Source: an uncultured Spirochaetota bacterium (GTDB lineage Bacteria > Spirochaetota > Brevinematia > Brevinematales > JAOACQ01). From it: 64,000 nt of DNA. A program made the position numbers and the translations under genes. Shown here piece after piece: positions 21,394 to 33,424 of this stretch. Numbering within the stretch: position 1 is the stretch's first letter; each line of letters starts with the position of its first letter. The notes beneath the pieces are model-generated. The model was not told where the DNA came from. It did no database searches and worked only from the letters and a program-made list of their open reading frames with translations. Location: assembly GCA_963783575.1 (NCBI GenBank), contig CAWAOD010000010.1, positions 168,807 through 232,806 on the forward strand, in the 5' to 3' direction.

Positions 21394-22026
21394 ATGAAAA
21401 ATTTTTTATTTTTTATTATGATATTTGCCATACTGGCATTATTTTCAGGGATTATTTCAGCACAGGAAAAAAGAAGCCGGGATGAAGAGAATGAAAGCAC
21501 ATCCAATAAAATGTTTTTAAGATATAATAGTTTCCGGATGATGGGTACGGATAATGGGAACCATTTCAGCGGGTCAATGATGATGGGAGGATATGGACTG
21601 CGCGAAGGTTATTTTAATCCGGATTTATTTACAATAATTGAAAATTACAGGATTAAAATTCAAAAAATTTACCTTGATGCAGGACAATCAAAAATCAGCC
21701 TTGATACTAAAAGGATTGATCTATACATTAGGCTTAATGAGTTTGCCGAAAAATATAAATCCGATAAAACTTTAACAAATGATGTGATTAATACTATTAA
21801 GGATTTAAATGCCATACAAAATCAGATTCATGGCATAGATCAGGATGCTATGAAGAAAATAGAGACTTTAATTATAAGCAGGGAAAAAGAAATCGAGGCA
21901 GCCAACGATGCCTGGATTAAAAAACTTGCAAAAGATGATAAGGAATTGGAAAATTACCTGGAATATATTAATTTAAGATCCCGCAGGATGTTATTATTTA
22001 CAAATTCCAGCCCGGAAAACCATTGA
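21394..22026 (+). CDS. Exported helical protein, loosely Spy/CpxP-like
   Basis: AAGGAG RBS, signal peptide, Met/Gly-rich segment, coiled helices; follows an ECF/anti-sigma pair. Confidence 0.55.
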   Translation: MKNFLFFIMIFAILALFSGIISAQEKRSRDEENESTSNKMFLRYNSFRMMGTDNGNHFSGSMMMGGYGLREGYFNPDLFTIIENYRIKIQKIYLDAGQSKISLDTKRIDLYIRLNEFAEKYKSDKTLTNDVINTIKDLNAIQNQIHGIDQDAMKKIETLIISREKEIEAANDAWIKKLAKDDKELENYLEYINLRSRRMLLFTNSSPENH

Positions 22027-22058
22027 TTTTAATACCGGGCCGCCTCCTTAAAGATTTG

Positions 22059-22117
22059 GAGTTGTCCTTAACGATCATCCCGCTTTTGCCCGGTGACCGT
22101 GGGGACAGCTCTTTTTT
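22059..22117 (+). terminator. Long intrinsic terminator hairpin
   Basis: GAGTTGTCCTTA...TGGGGACAGCTC followed by TTTTTT, between convergent genes. Confidence 0.7.
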
Positions 22118-22127
22118 AATATTTTAT

Positions 22128-23210
22128 TTATTTAGATTTTAACGCAGGTTTATTTGTATTAATAATATTAGTATTTACCGGCTGCTTATTTGTATTAACA
22201 GTATTAGTAGCTATAGTTTTCAAAGACTGCGTACTTGTATTTGTGTTGCTTTTTCCCAGATTTTCAACATCGATTCCCATATTCTGTAAGGCTTTTTTAG
22301 ATTCTTTTACAACAGTCAGGTCCGGATCATAAAGGGCTTTGTATGTCAGAATTTCGGCAGAAGTATTGTTTTTAAGAATTCCCAGCGCTTTCACGGCTTC
22401 TAAGCGGATTCTTACATTGTCAACTTTTGTAAATCCGATTAGTTTTTGAAGAACCGCATCTCCACTTAAATATCCGAACCCGGCAATTGACCAGAGACGT
22501 ATATTTAAATCCTCATTTTCATTTTCAACAAAAGGTGATAATATAATTAGCGCCTGAGGATCGCCTGTTTTTCCTATTGCATAAGCCGAGTACATCCTTA
22601 CTTCCTTAATTTCGCCGGTATTCTGCAGAAGGGATTGTAAAACCGGGATATACTTAACTTCTCCTATATCTCCAAGGGCTATAGCCGAAGCTCCTCGTAA
22701 TTCGGCCGGATTGTCGGTATTGGTCAGCGAACCAAGTATTATGTCTCCAGCAGGTTTATACCCGATATTGCCGAGTGTCCGAATTATTGTAGCCGTAAGA
22801 GCTGTTTCTTTCGGATTCTTAACCTTATTTGTTAGAATATCAAATAATTTTGGTCCGGCTGTTTTGATACCAAGTTCACTGATACCGAAAACAATCCTTC
22901 TCAAGACATCCGAATTACTTTCGGAAGATAATACTGAAAGCCAGGATGACTCATTACTAACCTTTAAACTTATAAGCGTATAAGCTGCTTCCCCTCGAAT
23001 ATCAGGGTTCGGATCATTTTTCAAAGCATCTTCAATAAAACTATATGCATCGGTGACTTTATTATCTTCAATCGATTTTATAACTCCCGATCTCTGGGAC
23101 GAAATACCATATTTCATTGTTTTTTGCCAGTATTCCAGGGTCTTTTGATCTGTGGAATAGATAAAAGTAATCAGGCAAGTCAGAAAAATAAATATAAGCC
23201 ATTTTCTCAT
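22128..23210 (-). CDS. Exported HEAT-repeat protein
   Basis: Signal peptide; repeated R..A..ALG.IG motifs; Thr/Asn-rich tail. Confidence 0.88.
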   Translation of the reverse strand: MRKWLIFIFLTCLITFIYSTDQKTLEYWQKTMKYGISSQRSGVIKSIEDNKVTDAYSFIEDALKNDPNPDIRGEAAYTLISLKVSNESSWLSVLSSESNSDVLRRIVFGISELGIKTAGPKLFDILTNKVKNPKETALTATIIRTLGNIGYKPAGDIILGSLTNTDNPAELRGASAIALGDIGEVKYIPVLQSLLQNTGEIKEVRMYSAYAIGKTGDPQALIILSPFVENENEDLNIRLWSIAGFGYLSGDAVLQKLIGFTKVDNVRIRLEAVKALGILKNNTSAEILTYKALYDPDLTVVKESKKALQNMGIDVENLGKSNTNTSTQSLKTIATNTVNTNKQPVNTNIINTNKPALKSK

Positions 23211-23307
23211 ACTTAGAATCTCCTTTGTTTATTCTTTCGCTGTTTTAAGGATCGGAAAAAATTAATAAACAATAAATATTTGATGTAAGCATTATGATTG
23301 CTTATAA

Positions 23308-25377
<2,070 letters not shown>

Positions 25378-25389
25378 ACGGAGTTTTTT

Positions 25390-26091
25390 ATGCACTTAAC
25401 CGCCGTTACTATATTAAAAGAAAATTTTCCTGCTAATAATGTCTATCCATTCAATCTTGAAATTTTCCACAAAAGCAGGCATCTTGATTTTCAGGCTCCG
25501 GTTACTTTTTTTGTCGGAGAGAACGGCACAGGTAAATCAACATTACTCTATGCAATTGCCAAAAGATGCAAAATAAACATATGGAAAGATATTGACGGAC
25601 GGCGTTTTCAAAACAACCCTTATGAAGAAAGATTTTATCAGTATGTGGAAGCGAAATGGAGTAATGACCCAGTTCCAGGATCATATTTCTCTTCTGATAT
25701 ATTCAGGGACTTTTCAAGGTTCCTTGATGATTGGGCTGCATCCGACCCCGGCATCCTCGAGTGTTACGGAGGCAAATCGCTGATTACGCAATCTCATGGG
25801 CAATCACTTATGACTTATTTTAACACAAGGTATAAAATCAGGGGCTTATACTTTCTGGATGAGCCTGAAACCGCGCTGTCGCCGGCCCGCCAGTTCGAAC
25901 TTCTCAAAGTCATACAGAGTGAAAGTAAAGCCGGCCATGCGCAGTTTATTATAGCTACACATTCTCCGATATTGATATCATGCCCCGGCGCATTGATCTA
26001 CAATTTTAATTCAATGCCGATACAAAAAGTCAATTATAAAAATACCGATCTATTCAGAATGTACCGGTCTTTTTTTCAATCGATGGAATAA
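25390..26091 (+). CDS. AAA/ABC-type ATPase (SHGQ/SHGE family)
   Basis: GENGTGKST, QSHGQS, LDEPETALSP, IATHSP. Confidence 0.88.
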   Translation: MHLTAVTILKENFPANNVYPFNLEIFHKSRHLDFQAPVTFFVGENGTGKSTLLYAIAKRCKINIWKDIDGRRFQNNPYEERFYQYVEAKWSNDPVPGSYFSSDIFRDFSRFLDDWAASDPGILECYGGKSLITQSHGQSLMTYFNTRYKIRGLYFLDEPETALSPARQFELLKVIQSESKAGHAQFIIATHSPILISCPGALIYNFNSMPIQKVNYKNTDLFRMYRSFFQSME

Positions 26092-26118
26092 ATGGTTTAT
26101 TGATAATTTCCCAATCTT

Positions 26119-26661
26119 CTACAAAAATCTTTCTTTCAATTGGCTTATCAAATTGGAATATTTTTCATGAATCATATTCCTGTCAAAATCCTCATATTTT
26201 TTCAGCAGAATATCCAGTTCTGCCTGGCTGAAATACTTTTCAGTATCCGGGAAAAAGCTTGCATCTTCTTTTTTAATATGCCTGGGATAGAATTCTATAA
26301 GCCATTTCAACTTTTGAATAATAATATCAAATTCATCCTTTGCACCCTTCAGGTATTTTTCATTCGATTCAACCAATTCCCTGACGGTTTTTCTTGCTTT
26401 TTTATGATCTTCTATAAGTTCAAGCATCATTTTCATATCAGGTGCCGAGATATTTTTTTTCTCAAGTTCCTTGAATAAAATATCCTCTTCTTTTCCATGA
26501 TGAGTTCTGTCAGCATAAGTCCTTATGAAATCAACCGCCGAATCAATGAATAAAGAATCGATTTTACTTTCATTCAATGACTTTTTAATCTCTAGGTCAA
26601 TCAAAGCCAGCATTTTTTCAATTAAACGGTGTTCGATCATCAATAATCCTCTTGGTTTCAT
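26119..26661 (-). CDS. Hemerythrin-domain protein
   Basis: EHRLI, HHGKEEDILF, DHKKAR, HIKKED. Confidence 0.9.
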   Translation of the reverse strand: MKPRGLLMIEHRLIEKMLALIDLEIKKSLNESKIDSLFIDSAVDFIRTYADRTHHGKEEDILFKELEKKNISAPDMKMMLELIEDHKKARKTVRELVESNEKYLKGAKDEFDIIIQKLKWLIEFYPRHIKKEDASFFPDTEKYFSQAELDILLKKYEDFDRNMIHEKYSNLISQLKERFL

Positions 26662-26712
26662 AAAATCCTCCGATTTATATTTCCGAAATTTTGAAATATC
26701 GCATAAAAATTT

Positions 26713-27189
26713 TCAAATACTCTTTTCCATTCTATAATTAGTTAATGAAATTCCTCTTATTTCAACCCTTTGTTCTTTAATTAATGTAAAACCATGTTTT
26801 TCGAAAAAATAAATAGCCGTTTTACTGACTTCAGCATAAATTTTCTTTAATTTTAACATTCCTGCTTTATTTTCAATTGTTTTCAATAATAATTTCCCGG
26901 CTCCCCTATTCTGATATTTAAAATGAACATAAAAACAATCAATATGCCCATTCTGTTCGAATTCAGCAAAGCCTATTATTTTATCAATATCCAGGACAAC
27001 CAGAGGCTTTTTTATTCTTAAACGGTTTAACCAATTTTCATAATCTATTTGAACAGGCGCCCAGGCATCAATTTGCTTTTCATCGTAATCTTTAGAATTG
27101 ATCTTACGCACTGTCCAGGTAAATAATTCGGCTATTTCAAATGTATCCTGTTCTTTATAATCTCTGATTATATAATCACGAATTATCAT
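26713..27189 (-). CDS. GNAT acetyltransferase (YafP-like)
   Basis: QIDAWA, FYVH..YQNRGAG, FFEKHGF, LTNYRMEK. Confidence 0.9.
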   Translation of the reverse strand: MIIRDYIIRDYKEQDTFEIAELFTWTVRKINSKDYDEKQIDAWAPVQIDYENWLNRLRIKKPLVVLDIDKIIGFAEFEQNGHIDCFYVHFKYQNRGAGKLLLKTIENKAGMLKLKKIYAEVSKTAIYFFEKHGFTLIKEQRVEIRGISLTNYRMEKSI

Positions 27190-27243
27190 TAAATCTCCTC
27201 TAATCCATAAAGATAAATCAATGGGTTTCCGTTCAAGCTCTAA

Positions 27244-28074
27244 TCAGTCTTTTCCGTAATCCATTTTTAAAAGACCGGCTATTATTCTGTCCATAAGTCT
27301 TTTAGGAAGATATACCGGCGCGTAATTGGAAAGATTCTTTTTTGCTATGATATACCTGGGCTTAGGATTTTTCTTAAGCATAATCTTGAGGATCATTTCC
27401 GCGGCAAGGTCCGGATCCAGCCCGTAGTTTCCGCCGTCAATAATCGTGTCTCTTAGCGCTGTCATGCTTTTCATATATTTCTCATCTATAAAAGAACTGT
27501 CCTGTTCTTTTCCTTTATTCCAGATCGGAGTGGCAATACCGCCGGGTTCAAGAATTACAGTTCTTATTCCGAAGGGCTTCAATTCCCTGCGCAGAGATTC
27601 TCCGAAACCTTCGATGGCAAATTTTGAAGCGGTATATGGAGAGAGGAACGGAAGCGCCACTCGTCCGCCAGTCGATCCAATCAAATAAATCCCGCCTTTG
27701 CTTTCGATAAGCAATGGTATGAGTTTCTGGATCAGCGAGAAAGCACCGAAAAAATTCACCTCGAGAACTTCCCTGACCAATTTCATCGGAATGTTTTCAA
27801 CCGGTCCTCCAAGAGCAATACCGGCATTGCTTACCAGACCATATAAAACATAATCATATCCGCATAGTTTTTTTACAAATGACGCAAATTCTGATATTTC
27901 CCCCTCATTTCTCAAATCCATTTTTTGGGCAAAAATTTCATTTTCCCCGGTAAAAGGATTTTCATTCAGGTAAGAAATTGCCATAGAATAACCCTTATTA
28001 TGAAGTATTTTACAGATACTCTTGCCGATACCCGAATCGCATCCGGTAATAACGATCAGTCTCTTTTTTTCCAT
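27244..28074 (-). CDS. SDR-family oxidoreductase
   Basis: TGCDSGIG, NAG, YxxxK (YTASK). Confidence 0.92.
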   Translation of the reverse strand: MEKKRLIVITGCDSGIGKSICKILHNKGYSMAISYLNENPFTGENEIFAQKMDLRNEGEISEFASFVKKLCGYDYVLYGLVSNAGIALGGPVENIPMKLVREVLEVNFFGAFSLIQKLIPLLIESKGGIYLIGSTGGRVALPFLSPYTASKFAIEGFGESLRRELKPFGIRTVILEPGGIATPIWNKGKEQDSSFIDEKYMKSMTALRDTIIDGGNYGLDPDLAAEMILKIMLKKNPKPRYIIAKKNLSNYAPVYLPKRLMDRIIAGLLKMDYGKD

Positions 28075-28308
28075 CTCAGTCTCCTTAAATTTATATTAAA
28101 GAAATCGATAATTAGAAAATGTTAAGCATAGCCGGCAAAAACGGCAAATTATTATTTTACAATTTTAATCCAATAGGGTTGAAAATCTTCATTGATTGTA
28201 TATTTTAGATAATAACTTGATTTATTCAAAATAAATGATTAGTTTAAAAACAAATTTAAATGCATGTTTTAAAATTGATTTAATATTTTATAAAAACAGG
28301 AGGCCAAT

Positions 28309-28716
28309 ATGAATTTTTTTGCAGGTATGAACTGGCTGGCGATTGTTGTATCGGCTTTCGTTTACTTTATCATCGGAGCAATATGGTACAGCAACGTCCT
28401 TTTCGCTAAAGAATGGGTTAAACAATCGGGAGTCACAATGGGCGGCGGGAAGTCAATGCCGGTTATGCCTATGATCGGGCAATTTATAGGCAGCTTGATT
28501 TATACAATAGGCATTGCCGCAACAATCAAGCTGATGAATGGAAGCGGCGCCTTAACCGGTCTTGCAACAGGATTGTTTGTGACTGTTTTGTTCGCCCTTC
28601 CGATCAACTTATCAACCTGGTTTTTCAAAAGCAAACCGGTTCTATTTTTTATAGAATGGGGATATCAGGGAATCGGCGCGGTAATAATCGGTATCATCCT
28701 GGGAATCTGGAAATAA
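28309..28716 (+). CDS. DUF1761-like membrane protein
   Basis: NWLAIVVSA..FIIGAIWYS..FAKEW; four TM segments. Confidence 0.75.
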   Translation: MNFFAGMNWLAIVVSAFVYFIIGAIWYSNVLFAKEWVKQSGVTMGGGKSMPVMPMIGQFIGSLIYTIGIAATIKLMNGSGALTGLATGLFVTVLFALPINLSTWFFKSKPVLFFIEWGYQGIGAVIIGIILGIWK

Positions 28717-28797
28717 TATATTCGAAATACAAATTAATCTTTAATAAATCGAAATGATTCAAACATTTTAAATAATTAAATTATAAGGAGTAATTTT

Positions 28798-29262
28798 ATG
28801 AAAGGAAACACGAAACTGATCGAAACTTTAAATTCTCTGCTTGCCGATGAGTTGTCCGCAATTAACCAGTATATTGTGCATGCAGAGATCGCTGAAAACT
28901 GGGGCTATAAAAAGCTTCATGATCATTTTGAAAAACGCGCCATTGATGAAATGCGCCATGCCGAGAAGCTTATAGGAAGAATAATTTTCTTGGAGGGAAT
29001 TCCCATCGTTTCGGAATACCGGAAAATAACTATAGGTTCCGAAGTTCCCAAACAGCTTGAAAACGATCATACTCTTGAAGACGGCGCCGTAAAAGCTTAT
29101 AATGAAGCCATTAAATTGGCCGGCGAAGTTTTGGATTATGCTACACGTGAAATCCTTGAGTCAATTCTGAATGATGAAGACCGGCATATTGACGATATTG
29201 AGAACCTTCAGGATCAGATAGGACAAATGGGCCTTCCTGTTTTCTTATCGATTCAAATTTGA
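28798..29262 (+). CDS. bfr: Bacterioferritin
   Basis: MKG..LN.LLADELSAINQY, IDEMRHAE, DEDRHID. Confidence 0.95.
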   Translation: MKGNTKLIETLNSLLADELSAINQYIVHAEIAENWGYKKLHDHFEKRAIDEMRHAEKLIGRIIFLEGIPIVSEYRKITIGSEVPKQLENDHTLEDGAVKAYNEAIKLAGEVLDYATREILESILNDEDRHIDDIENLQDQIGQMGLPVFLSIQI

Positions 29263-29267
29263 ATTGT

Positions 29268-30494
29268 TTAAATTTTTTTCTTGAGATTATTTATTACTTC
29301 CATTAATTCGGCGCATACTATTTCAACTTCTTCCAGGGTCATCTTCGAAAAAAGCGGAAGGGTTATTTCATTGCTGTAGGCTATATATGAATTTTGATAA
29401 TCCCTGATTTTATACCCGAGTTTTGTATAAGCCGGATGCATTACTATAGGAATATAATGGACATTCAAAGCGATTTTCCTTTCGGACATTTTATCGATTA
29501 TAACGTCTCTGAAATGTTCATCGGCATTTCTGATCCGTACAGGAAAAAGGTGGTATGATAAAATCCTGTCTTCCCCGTTAAACGGCGGAAGAGTAATTTC
29601 CTCATTATCCAGAAGCTTCAGGTACGTTTCATAAATTATTTTACGTTTGGGGAGTATTTCCGCATCATATCTCTTTAATTGCGCGATTCCCATTGCGGCC
29701 TGTATATCGGTCATATTGAATTTATAGCCCAGAAGATCAATGGAATACCTCCAGCTTCCGGCCTGCACTTTTGATAATGCGTCCTTATTCTGCCCGTGAA
29801 GCGATAAAAGCTGAAACTTTTTATAGCAGTCTTCAGCGGATAGACCATCAAACGAATTGAATACAACGGCCCCGCCTTCGGCTGTTGTCAGGTTTTTTAC
29901 CGCATGAAAGGAAAATACCGAGAAATCGGCCAGCCCTCCGGATTTTATGCCTTTATAGGAAGCCCCGAAGGAATGCGCGCAATCCGCAAGAATTACAGGC
30001 TTCTCAAAAAACTCCTGCAAGGTACCTTTTTTAGGTTTGTACTTTTTTTTATTCCTGACTAAAATTTCATGGATTTCGTCATAATCGCAGGGATATCCGC
30101 CTACATCCACAGGTATAACGGCCTTTGTTTTTTTTGTTATGGCTTTTTCAATTGAAGATGGATCGATATTGAATTCATCTTTCTTAATATCCGCAAAAAC
30201 CGGTTTAGCGCCTGTATGCAGAATCACATTTGCCGTGGCGGAATAAGAGTATGGGGTCGTGATAACCTCATCGCCAGGGCCGATATCCAGAAGCCTTAAA
30301 ACCAGTTCAAGACCGGCTGTCGCTGAATTTAAACAAACAGCGGTTTCGGTATTACAGTAACCGGCAATCTGCCGCTCAAAAGTTTTTGTTTTCGGGCCGG
30401 TGGTTATCCAGCCTGATTTGAGAGTGTCGACAACTTCGTCAATTTCAAGCTGCGTGATATCCGGCGGCGAGAATGGAATTGCTTTGTAAGACAT
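29268..30494 (-). CDS. DegT/DnrJ/EryC1/StrS-family sugar aminotransferase (PglE-like)
   Basis: GWITTGP, NSATAGL, DCAH, FSFHAVKNLTTAEGG. Confidence 0.93.
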   Translation of the reverse strand: MSYKAIPFSPPDITQLEIDEVVDTLKSGWITTGPKTKTFERQIAGYCNTETAVCLNSATAGLELVLRLLDIGPGDEVITTPYSYSATANVILHTGAKPVFADIKKDEFNIDPSSIEKAITKKTKAVIPVDVGGYPCDYDEIHEILVRNKKKYKPKKGTLQEFFEKPVILADCAHSFGASYKGIKSGGLADFSVFSFHAVKNLTTAEGGAVVFNSFDGLSAEDCYKKFQLLSLHGQNKDALSKVQAGSWRYSIDLLGYKFNMTDIQAAMGIAQLKRYDAEILPKRKIIYETYLKLLDNEEITLPPFNGEDRILSYHLFPVRIRNADEHFRDVIIDKMSERKIALNVHYIPIVMHPAYTKLGYKIRDYQNSYIAYSNEITLPLFSKMTLEEVEIVCAELMEVINNLKKKI

Positions 30495-31918
30495 TGTGAA
30501 AAATCTCCCCGATATTCATTTAAATGTTTTTTAATGGCCTTTTTTATAAGACCGGGATCATAAGTATTAACCGCTTCATTTAAATCCCGGAAAATATTTT
30601 TTATTTCCTGCATACTTAATAATTCAGAATCCTCCATGGAAATGAAAAGTTTTTCATATTCCGAGGGGGTAAGGTTATCTTTTGAGTAAATAAGCTCTTC
30701 ATGCATTTTCTCACCTTTTCTCAAGCCTGTGAAATTTATAATTATTTCATCTTCATTGTAGCCGTATAATTTTATAAGATTTTTTGCAAGATCAAGAATC
30801 TTAACCGGCTGACCCATGTCCAGAACGAAAATCCTTCCACGGTCCAGGGCGCCCGCTTTGATAACAAGCCTTGCCGCCTCCGGAATTGACATAAAATACC
30901 GGGTTATTTCGGGATGAGTTATTGTTACCGGGCCTCCGTTCTCAATCTGCTGAGTAAATACCGGAATAACACTGCCCCTCGATCCAAGGACATTGCCGAA
31001 CCTTGTGACAGAAAATTCGGTGTTTTTCTGTATCCGGTTCAGGGACATTATAATCTTTTCAGCAATTCTTTTCGTGGCTCCCATTACGGATGACGGATTC
31101 ACGGCTTTATCCGTTGAAATAAAAACAAAATTACTTGCATGGTTCTCTATAGCGGCAATGGCAATGTTGTAAGTACCTACCACATTTGTTTTCACAGCCT
31201 CATCCGGGTAATCCTCCATCAGCGGGACATGCTTATGAGCAGCGGCATGGAAAATGATATCCGGCTTATATCTTCCGATTTCATGCATCAATTTCGGTAA
31301 ATCCCTGACATCACCTATGCAGTATGAAAATCTTTTATCATTTCCCAACGTGGTTATTAAAGAATGAATCGAATTTTCACCATGCCCGAAAGCAATAACC
31401 TTCTTTATGGGAAGTTTTAGTATTTGCCTGAAAATCTCCTGGCCGATAGAGCCTCCGGCTCCCGAAACGAATATGGTTTTATCCTTGTAAAAAGGCGATA
31501 TTTTTTCGCTGTCAAAACCGACCTCTTCCCTTCCCAATAAGTCCTGCGGTTTTATCTGCCGTATCTGGTTGAAATTTACTTTGCCTTCAATAATCTCATA
31601 AATACCCGGCACGATTTTAACAGGAACCATACAGCCGGCGAGAATGGATACAATTCTCCGGATAACATCGCTGCCGGCGGAAGGAATAGCAATAATGACC
31701 TCATTAATATTATTACGCTGTATTACTCCTGGAATTTCATCAATTTTACCAAGAACAGGTATTAATGCTGAATTGACAGAAACACCGCCTTTCTTTGCCG
31801 GGTCATCGTCTATAAAGCCGGAAATATGGTATTTTGCGGATATATTTTGTTTATGAAGAACTTCAAGAGCAACCATTATTCCAGCGCTTCCGGCGCCGAT
31901 AATCAAGAGATTTTTCAT
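30404..31918 (-). CDS. UDP-sugar 4,6-dehydratase, PglF/CapD/WbpM family, without the N-terminal TM region
   Basis: GAGGSIG, HAAAHKHVP, ISTDKAVNP, RFGNVLGSRGSV, GLRKGEK. Confidence 0.92.
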   Translation of the reverse strand: MKNLLIIGAGSAGIMVALEVLHKQNISAKYHISGFIDDDPAKKGGVSVNSALIPVLGKIDEIPGVIQRNNINEVIIAIPSAGSDVIRRIVSILAGCMVPVKIVPGIYEIIEGKVNFNQIRQIKPQDLLGREEVGFDSEKISPFYKDKTIFVSGAGGSIGQEIFRQILKLPIKKVIAFGHGENSIHSLITTLGNDKRFSYCIGDVRDLPKLMHEIGRYKPDIIFHAAAHKHVPLMEDYPDEAVKTNVVGTYNIAIAAIENHASNFVFISTDKAVNPSSVMGATKRIAEKIIMSLNRIQKNTEFSVTRFGNVLGSRGSVIPVFTQQIENGGPVTITHPEITRYFMSIPEAARLVIKAGALDRGRIFVLDMGQPVKILDLAKNLIKLYGYNEDEIIINFTGLRKGEKMHEELIYSKDNLTPSEYEKLFISMEDSELLSMQEIKNIFRDLNEAVNTYDPGLIKKAIKKHLNEYRGDFSQCLTKQFHSRRRISRSLKLTKLSTLSNQAG

Positions 31919-32041
31919 AATATCTCCAAAGGAATCTGTCTTTATTCATATGATTCCATATCTAAATATATCGGTTTTATTTTTTTTTGAATTATCTGAA
32001 AGGGAAAAAGAATTTTTGCCAGAAGCCGGCAATGGGGCTTT

Positions 32042-32326
32042 ATTACTTTTTCTTTGGCGCCAAAGAAAAAGTAATCAAAAAGAAAGCGCCCTCCGCAGTT
32101 TCCATAGCGTAGACATCTTTTGTTTAAAGTTGCATTATCCAATTTAATTTTCAATTCCTTTTTTCTTAAATAGCGGCTCATTAAAACATCCTGTTTTGAT
32201 TCACCGCTGACGCGCGTCCTGCGCTTTCCATCTTTACAATTCTATATAATAAAAGCAGATAATGCGCTTTTCAACATAGCAAGATTGATTCCTTTATCTT
32301 AAGATCACCGGGAAACTGCTGAGGGA
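32042..32326. repeat. Palindromic MITE/REP-like element
   Basis: Perfect 34-bp palindrome at 32042-32075; long-range stem CCCTCCGCAGTTTCC/GGAAACTGCTGAGGG; hairpins with CAGGATG and CAGGACG loops on the minus strand. Confidence 0.7.
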
Positions 32327-32444
32327 AATGAATGATTTTAAGATTTATTTAAGGATAATTTTTTAGAAGTTCAGTTAAAGAAAAACTGTTTTTATACTAA
32401 TATTTCAACCTAAATAACTCAATCGGAAATGGCGCTAATGTACA

Positions 32445-32473
32445 TTGACAGATTAATTTATTTTTGCTAAGAT
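32445..32473 (+). promoter_or_regulatory. sigma70-type promoter of the HEPN-like gene
   Basis: TTGACA-N17-TAAGAT with extended -10 TG. Confidence 0.65.
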
Positions 32474-32559
32474 GATCTATAGTTTAAAATAATATTCTTA
32501 GTTAAATTTGTAAATCATAAATTAAAAAACATAATATTAATCATTGAGGATAAAATTCT

Positions 32560-33327
32560 ATGGAGAAACAAAATTTTTCAAAATTATCAGATGCATTAAC
32601 ATATATCAATCTTAGAAAAGATAATATTTATATCGAAGGAGATGGTCCTGATTTATTATCTTATCATTCTATAGATCCGGATCCCAAACCCTTTATAATC
32701 CAGGCAAGAAAAGATTTGATTAATGCTAATAATAGTGAATATTTTAATTCAATTCTTAATTCCAGGAGGGCTGTCCGCGCTCAAGTAGATCGAATATTGA
32801 ATAGTTTGGGTTTTGAAGCCAAAAAAATGAATATTAAGAAAAAAATACAATTACTAAGACAATTGGGTTTGCCCTCTCCGAATATTTTAAAACGTATTGA
32901 TGAACCAAGGAATAATCTTGAACATAATTATGTTATTCCAAAAAAAGAAGATGTTGAGGACGCACTGGATATTGCGGAATTGTTTCTTGAAGCAACAAGC
33001 AGAGGATTAAATCCAATTGAAACTAGAATATATATAAAAGTAAAAGATGATAAAAAGAAAACAAAAATTAAAAAGAGGATGCTTATGGAATATGAACTTG
33101 GAGAAAAGTTTATTGATATTGATGTGGATCAGATTTATAAACTTTTTTCCATAAAAGATTACTGGAAACATGCTAAAGATCATATTTGTTTTTTTAAATC
33201 AAAAATATATAGTTCTGATAATTTATATATACCTATACTGAGATTAATGATTGTATTTGATAAAGGAGATAATGACTTAGAAAATACTGTAGTTAAAGAA
33301 TTAATTGATAAGATATATCAAGATTAA
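32560..33327 (+). CDS. HEPN-like domain protein (putative RNase)
   Basis: NSRRAV helix and Rx4H motif RNNLEH followed by P...VEDALDIAELFL; very AT-rich. Confidence 0.6.
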   Translation: MEKQNFSKLSDALTYINLRKDNIYIEGDGPDLLSYHSIDPDPKPFIIQARKDLINANNSEYFNSILNSRRAVRAQVDRILNSLGFEAKKMNIKKKIQLLRQLGLPSPNILKRIDEPRNNLEHNYVIPKKEDVEDALDIAELFLEATSRGLNPIETRIYIKVKDDKKKTKIKKRMLMEYELGEKFIDIDVDQIYKLFSIKDYWKHAKDHICFFKSKIYSSDNLYIPILRLMIVFDKGDNDLENTVVKELIDKIYQD

Positions 33328-33424
33328 TCTTATATTTCACTTGAATCCGATTTTATGATACAATAAATTAAGAATTTTCATCCAACGTACATTTAATAAA
33401 TCTCTGGAAATTGGGAGTACCGGT

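Noticed and set aside
31942..32181. 79-aa minus-strand and 65-aa plus-strand ORFs
   Set aside because: They are translations of the palindromic repeat element, with no RBS or domain support.
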